A model generated the notes under the pieces. The model saw nothing but the letters and a program-made list of their open reading frames with translations. It was not told where the DNA came from and searched no databases. 63,765 bases of DNA from Welwitschia mirabilis (taxonomy: Eukaryota). The position numbers and the translations under genes are program-made. The stretch lies in contig JBOZIK010000001.1 of NCBI GenBank assembly GCA_051453625.1, positions 48,652,691-48,716,455 on the forward strand, written 5' to 3'. Positions 57,101-63,765 of the stretch are shown one piece after another. Every line of letters begins with the position of its first letter. Position 1 is the stretch's first letter.

Positions 57101-57444
57101 TTTATTTGGATTTCATTACCAAGAGACACAGACTTGATAAAATTTGAAATTTACTGAGTTTAAAGTAAGTCACAGCATTGCATTGTACTCTTTTTTAAGA
57201 GGGGTATATAACTGAAGTAATCAAAACTAGCTAATGACTTAGACACCTAACCAACATGATTTACACTTTGTCTTTTTACTTCTTTTTGAGACAAGGGTCC
57301 CATTCTTGGAGAGGATGTAACGACTACCCAGATTGGGGGGCAAACTTTAGAATTGACAAAATAACATTTTCATCACTTGATAATATATTTAAATCCCTTG
57401 CATTAAAATTTATTGTGCTTACATAAAGAAAATTTAACAAATTA

Positions 57445-57445
<1 letters not shown>

Positions 57446-57475
<30 letters not shown>

Positions 57476-57476
57476 T
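57446..57476. repeat. (CTTT)n microsatellite
   Basis: Imperfect run of CTTT units seen directly. Confidence 0.8.
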
Positions 57477-57551
57477 TTTAAATGTGAATAGATGTTCACT
57501 CTTGAGTTTTTTAGGATTTTCCATTAGTTTTTGTCACCTCTTATGGATTTG

Positions 57552-57920
57552 ATAGATCATTCGACTTGTGGACGTAAGTGAGATCCCTATCAAATTAACT
57601 ATACCTCTCTATCGTGACTTGTTCTTCTACATTTATATTGTGTCATTGTGACTAGAATAGATCATTGAAACTCATGGATGTGAGTAAGATCCCTATCAAA
57701 TTAACTATACCTCTCTATCATGACTTGTTCTTCTACATTTATATTGTGTCATTGTGACTAGAATAGATCAGTGAAACTCATGGATGTGAGTAAGATCCCT
57801 TCTCAAATTGACTGTACAATTTTGCATTTCTATTATCACTTTCTCTTGTCAAATTGACAAGTGTTATTTGTATGATGAATAGATCCATTGTTCAATTGTG
57901 GATGTGAGTAAGATCCCCCT
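57552..57920. repeat. Tandem repeat, ~106-bp unit, about 3.5 copies, in the copia 5' leader
   Basis: GATCCC anchor at 57582, 57688, 57794 and 57912; the first two units are nearly identical. Confidence 0.9.
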
Positions 57921-60900
57921 AAAAATCGATTGTACCTCATAACTTATCATCTCCTCTTCTGATTTTATCAACTATGGTAATTTTGAAAGGCAAGTTTTAG
58001 ATGTTGTCAAACTTGTTCACATCGGTTTTGACACAGAAATCATTGTAAATATCAGAGGCACCCTTCAGGATGATAATAGTTAGGAAGATTGACATAAAGA
58101 TTTCATGTCTACAAATGTCTATTCATAATTAGTTGATTAGAGATTATGAAAAAATTCATGGCTTTGCAGTGTAAGAAATTGGTAGATCATAATAAGATCA
58201 ACAACACTAACTTTATCATATTGCGAGATACATTCTACCCAAAGAATGATTTGGAGCTTATAAACCTTATCACAAGCATGAATAACTTGCATTATGAAAA
58301 AGGAAAGATGTAACTGTTAATTAAACAAATGACTAATATCAGGAGAAAGCTTGTTGAAATTAACCCACAAAATCAACTATACATACATTATGTCAACTTA
58401 GTTAGATGTTGTTTGGAGGATCCATCTTTATATAGTTACATCATGTCACTACATGGTAGTAGACAACTACCACAAATGACCTTTAATACACTTAATAAGA
58501 ACTTTATAGCTATTAAAGCACAATTTAACTTTGTTGGTACCTCATCCTCTGAGTTGCATTCAAAGTGTCACAACCTCATAATGGATCATGTTCTAATGAA
58601 TAGTCTTTGAGCAAAAACCCTTCTAATGTCAAACATCATGATAAGGATAAACTTCTTAGAAACAACAAGGAGCTTTACCTCCTCAACACCAATAGTCTTA
58701 ACCAAAGAAGAAGCTACATTAGAATAATACTGTTCTGAGGAAGAATACATATTGGCGTTCATCATATCACAAATTATTATCAAATCGTTTGGGATAAAAT
58801 CAAGGCTACTCACTCCTAAGGCAAGTGTAGTAACTAATGAGTCTAGTTCTCTAGATAATACTAAATGCTATGAATTGAACACTATATTTCAAAGTCATGA
58901 ATTTATGTGTATGAGTGGAAGCATACTTGATGATGACTCTTGAATTCTAGATACTAGTTCCATCAAGCATATGATGTATAGGCATACTCAAGTTTATTTG
59001 GCAAACAAAATCCCAATTCCTATGGAATGTCATGATATAGTTGCCTTTTAGTTGCCTTCTCTCTTCAATGAAAGCTCTCTTATTTTTTTATGTTTCCTTT
59101 TCGCGGTCTCAACTTCTCTCTTTTTTCACATTAGTGAGAGAAGATCATTCAATATCCATGATAAAGGATTTCATCAATATTTTTTATGCTTCTTAGAATC
59201 TTATCATGAAGGGCTACATGAATGCGATAATGATGCATCTTTAAGGATGTGTGAATATGCATGAAATTGCATGCCATGTTTCATAAGAAGAAATTTCCCC
59301 ATTGCTTTTGTGGCATGCTTGCTGGATTATCCTAGTCATTGATCTTTGACTGCAATGCATGAGAATGGATATCGTTTTCTACCCTCTATTACACATGATT
59401 TTCCTTTATGCAAAGTGTGTATAATGGGTAAAACCATAAAACAATGCTCTTCTCCTAGCAACCGGTAGGCTAATTGAAAGCTACTGCTCATCCATAGTGA
59501 TCTATGTGGGCCCATGCCAATCCCTACACTCCAAGGCTATTGCTACTTCATATCTTTTATGAATGATCTTTTGCTTGGTTTTGGTGTATTTTATGAGATC
59601 TAAATCTCTTACTTTAAACATTTTCAAGATTTTCAAAGAAAAATTGAAAAAGGAAACTAGTAACAAGCTTAAGGGTTTTCATTGTANNNNNNNNNNNNNN
59701 NNNNNNNNNNNNNNNNNNNNNNNNNNNNNNNNNNNNNNNNNNNNNNNNNNNNNNNNNNNNNNNNNNNNNNNNNNNNNNNNNNNNNNNNNNNNNNNNNNNN
59801 NNNNNNNNNNNNNNNNNNNNNNNNNNNNNNNNNNNNNNNNNNNNNNNNNNNNNNNNNNNNNNNNNNNNNNNNNNNNNNNNNNNNNNNNNNNNNNNNNNNN
59901 NNNNNNNNNNNNNNNNNNNNNNNNNNNNNNNNNNNNNNNNNNNNNNNNNNNNNNNNNNNNNNNNNNNNNNNNNNNNNNNNNNNNNNNNNNNNNNNNNNNN
60001 NNNNNNNNNNNNNNNNNNNNNNNNNNNNNNNNNNNNNNNNNNNNNNNNNNNNNNNNNNNNNNNNNNNNNNNNNNNNNNNNNNNNNNNNNNNNNNNNNNNN
60101 NNNNNNNNNNNNNNNNNNNNNNNNNNNNNNNNNNNNNNNNNNNNNNNNNNNNNNNNNNNNNNNNNNNNNNNNNNNNNNNNNNNNNNNNNNNNNNNNNNNN
60201 NNNNNNNNNNNNNNNNNNNNNNNNNNNNNNNNNNNNNNNNNNNNNNNNNNNNNNNNNNNNNNNNNNNNNNNNNNNNNNNNNNNNNNNNNNNNNNNNNNNN
60301 NNNNNNNNNNNNNNNNNNNNNNNNNNNNNNNNNNNNNNNNNNNNNNNNNNNNNNNNNNNNNNNNNNNNNNNNNNNNNNNNNNNNNNNNNNNNNNNNNNNN
60401 NNNNNNNNNNNNNNNNNNNNNNNNNNNNNNNNNNNNNNNNNNNNNNNNNNNNNNNNNNNNAATCTCTTACTTCAAACATTTTCAAGATTTTCAAAGAAAA
60501 ATTGAAAAAGAAAACTAGTAACAAGCTTAAGGGTTTTCATTGTAATAATGATGGAGAATACACATTAACAGTATAAAGGAATTCGTCATCTAAAAACATA
60601 CCCAAGAATACCAAAACAGAATGACACCACTGACTGGTTTAATCAGATCATCATGGATATGACACATTCAGTGATGTACTTTAGTGAATGCAAGTCCTAC
60701 TTGTGGGGTGAAGCTATTAGTATTACAGTCTATCTTAATAGTTGTATTAGCCATGTTTCTAAAAAGGGTATTTCCCCTGCTAAAAAATGAAATGGATACA
60801 AGCCTACTTTGAACCATCTTCGAGTATTTGGATGTAAGTTATATGTCCATATTTCTATCAAACATTGTGACAAGCTTGGTGTAAATGCTTATGTTGGCAT

Positions 60901-63765
60901 TTTTTTGGAATATCCAACTGGCCAAAAAGGATATTGCGTACATTCCTGAGCATAATAAGAACATCATTTCTCATGATGTTATCTTTTTGGAAACCTCATA
61001 GAACTTCTTTCATCTTGATCTTTCCAAGTTATGTCCTTCCTCTCATCCTATGCAAATTTTGAATGCTCAACGTCTTATGGTTAAGTTGGGTTATGAGGGA
61101 AAAGGGGAGAGGGGAGGATTGGCAGGGGTTTAATTGAAGTGGGGTGCTTGAGGAGGAGGAGAAGGAAAGTATGGATGGTGGGGGGTAGGAAGGTCATAAT
61201 TTCGTAGTTCCTTATAGCCAAAAGGATTTGTCCACAATAAGACCTAGAGGAATTGAGCTTCTTTGTATGCTTAGCACATACAAACACAATTTTAGTAGCA
61301 ACTTATTAGATCGTCCTAACGAGAATGCTGATATTACCTAATGATGGAAATAAAATACTTGGTTAAAAATTACTCTACAAGATTTCATGATAATGAACAG
61401 GAAAAAACAAGGATTAGGTAGAGCTCTCAATTATCCCATGATGATGATAAGCTTCATATGACTTTTGATGGAGAACTAACCTCCTTTAAAGACACCATTT
61501 TGCATGATCACTAGTNNNNNNNNNNNGCCAGGAAAGAAGAATACAATTCACTTGAATAAAATGGTAAATGAGAAGAGTTGATCTTTTATTAGGTCGCATT
61601 GCATTACATAACAAATGGATTTTTTGTAGCAAGCATAAAGCGGATAATACCCTTAAAAGTCATAAAGCTAGACTTGTCCCTGTAGGCCTATGACAAAGAA
61701 AAGAACTGGACTATAGTGAAGTTTTTGCACTAACACCTAAATATCCTATTATCAGAACTGTGATTGCCTTAGCAACTTAGAAGGGATAAAAGTTGCACAA
61801 GTTAGACATTAAAATTACCTTTCTCAATAGAGATTTCAAGGAATAAACATATATGATATAGCTAAAAAGTTTTGAAGTGAAAGGTAAGGAACAAAAAAAG
61901 TAACTAATTAAGTCACTCTATTGGCTAAAACAAGTTCTAAGAACATAGTACACTAAATTAACTAGTTACTTGAGTACCATTGGATTTAAACTGTATGACT
62001 CTTAAGATGTGGATGCCACATTGTTCATCAAATCTAATAGAAACAAATCTACATATATAGTGCTTTATGTAGATGACATACTGATAAATGTTAGTAATGA
62101 AATGGATGTAAATCATATAAAGATTTCTTTAAGTGAGTGATGGGTGCTTATGTGGTGAAATAATTACAAATAAATATCACAACATAATATAAAATAATAC
62201 AAAATAATTCTAGAAAATGCATAAGCTATGTTGGTGTTACCTAAAATAAGCTCACACGATTAAATAAAAATAACTAAAGGCTTACTAAAGAACTAGTTGA
62301 AATTCAACTATTTAGTTTAAAATGCATCATCACAATAGTCTCATGATGAAGTTACTTGAACTAGTCAGTTTGGTTTATTACTGCTAGATTACTATGTACA
62401 TGTATTATAGTAAGGGGGGATTAAAAAACTATTGAAACATCATAGAATTAAACAAAATGTTAGACAATACTTATTTTTAAGTATTAGAACATGGACAAAA
62501 TGATATCAATTATGGTTTTTAAATTTATATTGAAATATTAATTATTCTATAAAGATGTACTAAGGCTTGTGTTTTCCTTTGCAGGTAACACCTTGGAGTA
62601 TAGAAAATGTTGCCGTGCCCTTTGCAATATAGCTGGAGCTTCCTTTCTTGACCTTCTTGTTTAGTCTATTCCTAGAACTTTTGGCCAAAAAGATTACCAC
62701 CTTTGGTGGTGATTTCTTTCTTATACATCTTTGCTCCTTAGAAATAGGTATATGGTTGGGGTTGCTACTGCTTTTCCACCACCTCAACCTTCTCTCTCAT
62801 TTCATACCACATGGCATCATGTACCTAAAACACATTAATAAAATACATACATAATAACCTATTAACATACTAACTAAACTATTGATTAATAAGTATATTG
62901 ATTTAAAAAAACATCTATTGTTATTTAAAATGCATAATTAAGATAATGAAAACACTTTATTAATAAGTAAGATTTACATCAAAATTTATCATCATCATGA
63001 ATCATGCAATGGATAGCTTGTAATTTATTAATATATTTTAATAAAAGAACTTTAGTTAAGATTAATAGAATAAAAATAAATAAAAATAATGAATAAAAAT
63101 ATTATCATAAAATAACTAAATTTACTTTAACATCCATTGCAATCTATATAAAAATATTATCATGAAATAAATAAAAATATATATAATCATGAGTCATGTA
63201 AAATTTCATAAATATAAAATTAAAGTAAAGAAACAAAAGGATGTTGGATAAAATTAACTTTAACATCCATGCAATCTAGATAAAAATTTATAAGATTATT
63301 CCTCAGTAAATGGGTAGTTACACTAATACATTAGATGTATAAAAAATATATGCTAGGAGATCTACCTCTAAAATGTAATGAAAATGATATTTCTAATGAA
63401 GGTAGGATGCTTAATAGATTCTAGAAATATTAACAACTTTATAACCTATAAATATAAAATGCTAAGGAAAAAATAAAAGTGTAAAAAAAGATCAAAGTTA
63501 ATCCAAGTAAAAATACAAAAAACAAGAAATGGGAAAGGTAGTAATTACCTTATAAAGAAGCAAGAAGAAATACTAAATGAGATAGAATGACACATTTGAC
63601 CTTCTTTTCGAGTAAAACCAATGGAATCTTACACTTGTGTTAAGTGATGGTGCAGTGACGTTAAGGGATTATTAAAGTAATACTTAACTAAATAACTAAC
63701 TTAAATTTAATTAGTAACTAATGTAACAAACATGCATGATTCATTTGATTATGAACTTAGTATAG

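Larger units (their letters stand above)
54720..62137 (+). mobile_element. Degenerate Ty1/copia element (LTR end, PBS, long 5' leader, gag-PR-INT-RT), 3'-truncated
   Basis: LTR end TTTTACA at 54938; PBS TGGTGTCAGAGC 54941-54952; protease S*ILDTSSIKHM (about 58938); integrase LLIHSDLCGPMP (about 59483), KGFHCNNDGEY and LWGEAISITVYLN (about 60700); RT KLDIKITFLNRDFKE and YIVLYVDDILI (about 62052-62085). Left LTR boundary uncertain. Confidence 0.87.

Noticed and set aside
59603-60544. 84-bp duplication of integrase sequence around an N gap, and 278-337 aa ORFs
   Set aside because: The reading frame continues if the two copies are merged (two mismatches), so it is most likely an assembly artefact.
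62138-63765. Possible gene or transposase exon around 62560-62830
   Set aside because: No recognisable domain. It is probably another decayed element interrupting the copia RT, but I cannot classify it.

Overview
AT-rich land-plant nuclear DNA with five N-gaps. It holds one intact host gene, an 18-exon MCM6 (+ strand, 40923-46314, 823 aa by my splice model), preceded by an inverted pair of E2F sites. The rest is mostly old, C>T/G>A-decayed retroelements. These are several Athila-type Ty3/gypsy pieces (one a pol-less two-LTR derivative), a Tekay/Del-type chromovirus structure bounded by a GGAAT target-site duplication (TSD), two Sirevirus-like and one other Ty1/copia remnant, an L1 LINE ORF1 remnant and a probable tRNA-derived SINE. 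The most notable signal is a 681-bp poly(A)-tailed insertion with an exact 15-bp TSD inside one chromovirus LTR; it encodes a recognisable DnaJ/Hsp40 J-domain that the ORF track misses. Also unusual are tandem ~60-bp units of 'LTR end + primer-binding site (PBS)' built into the U5 of that LTR family. All calls come from reading and hand-translating the sequence. TE lineage names and many TE boundaries are approximate, and no database search was run.
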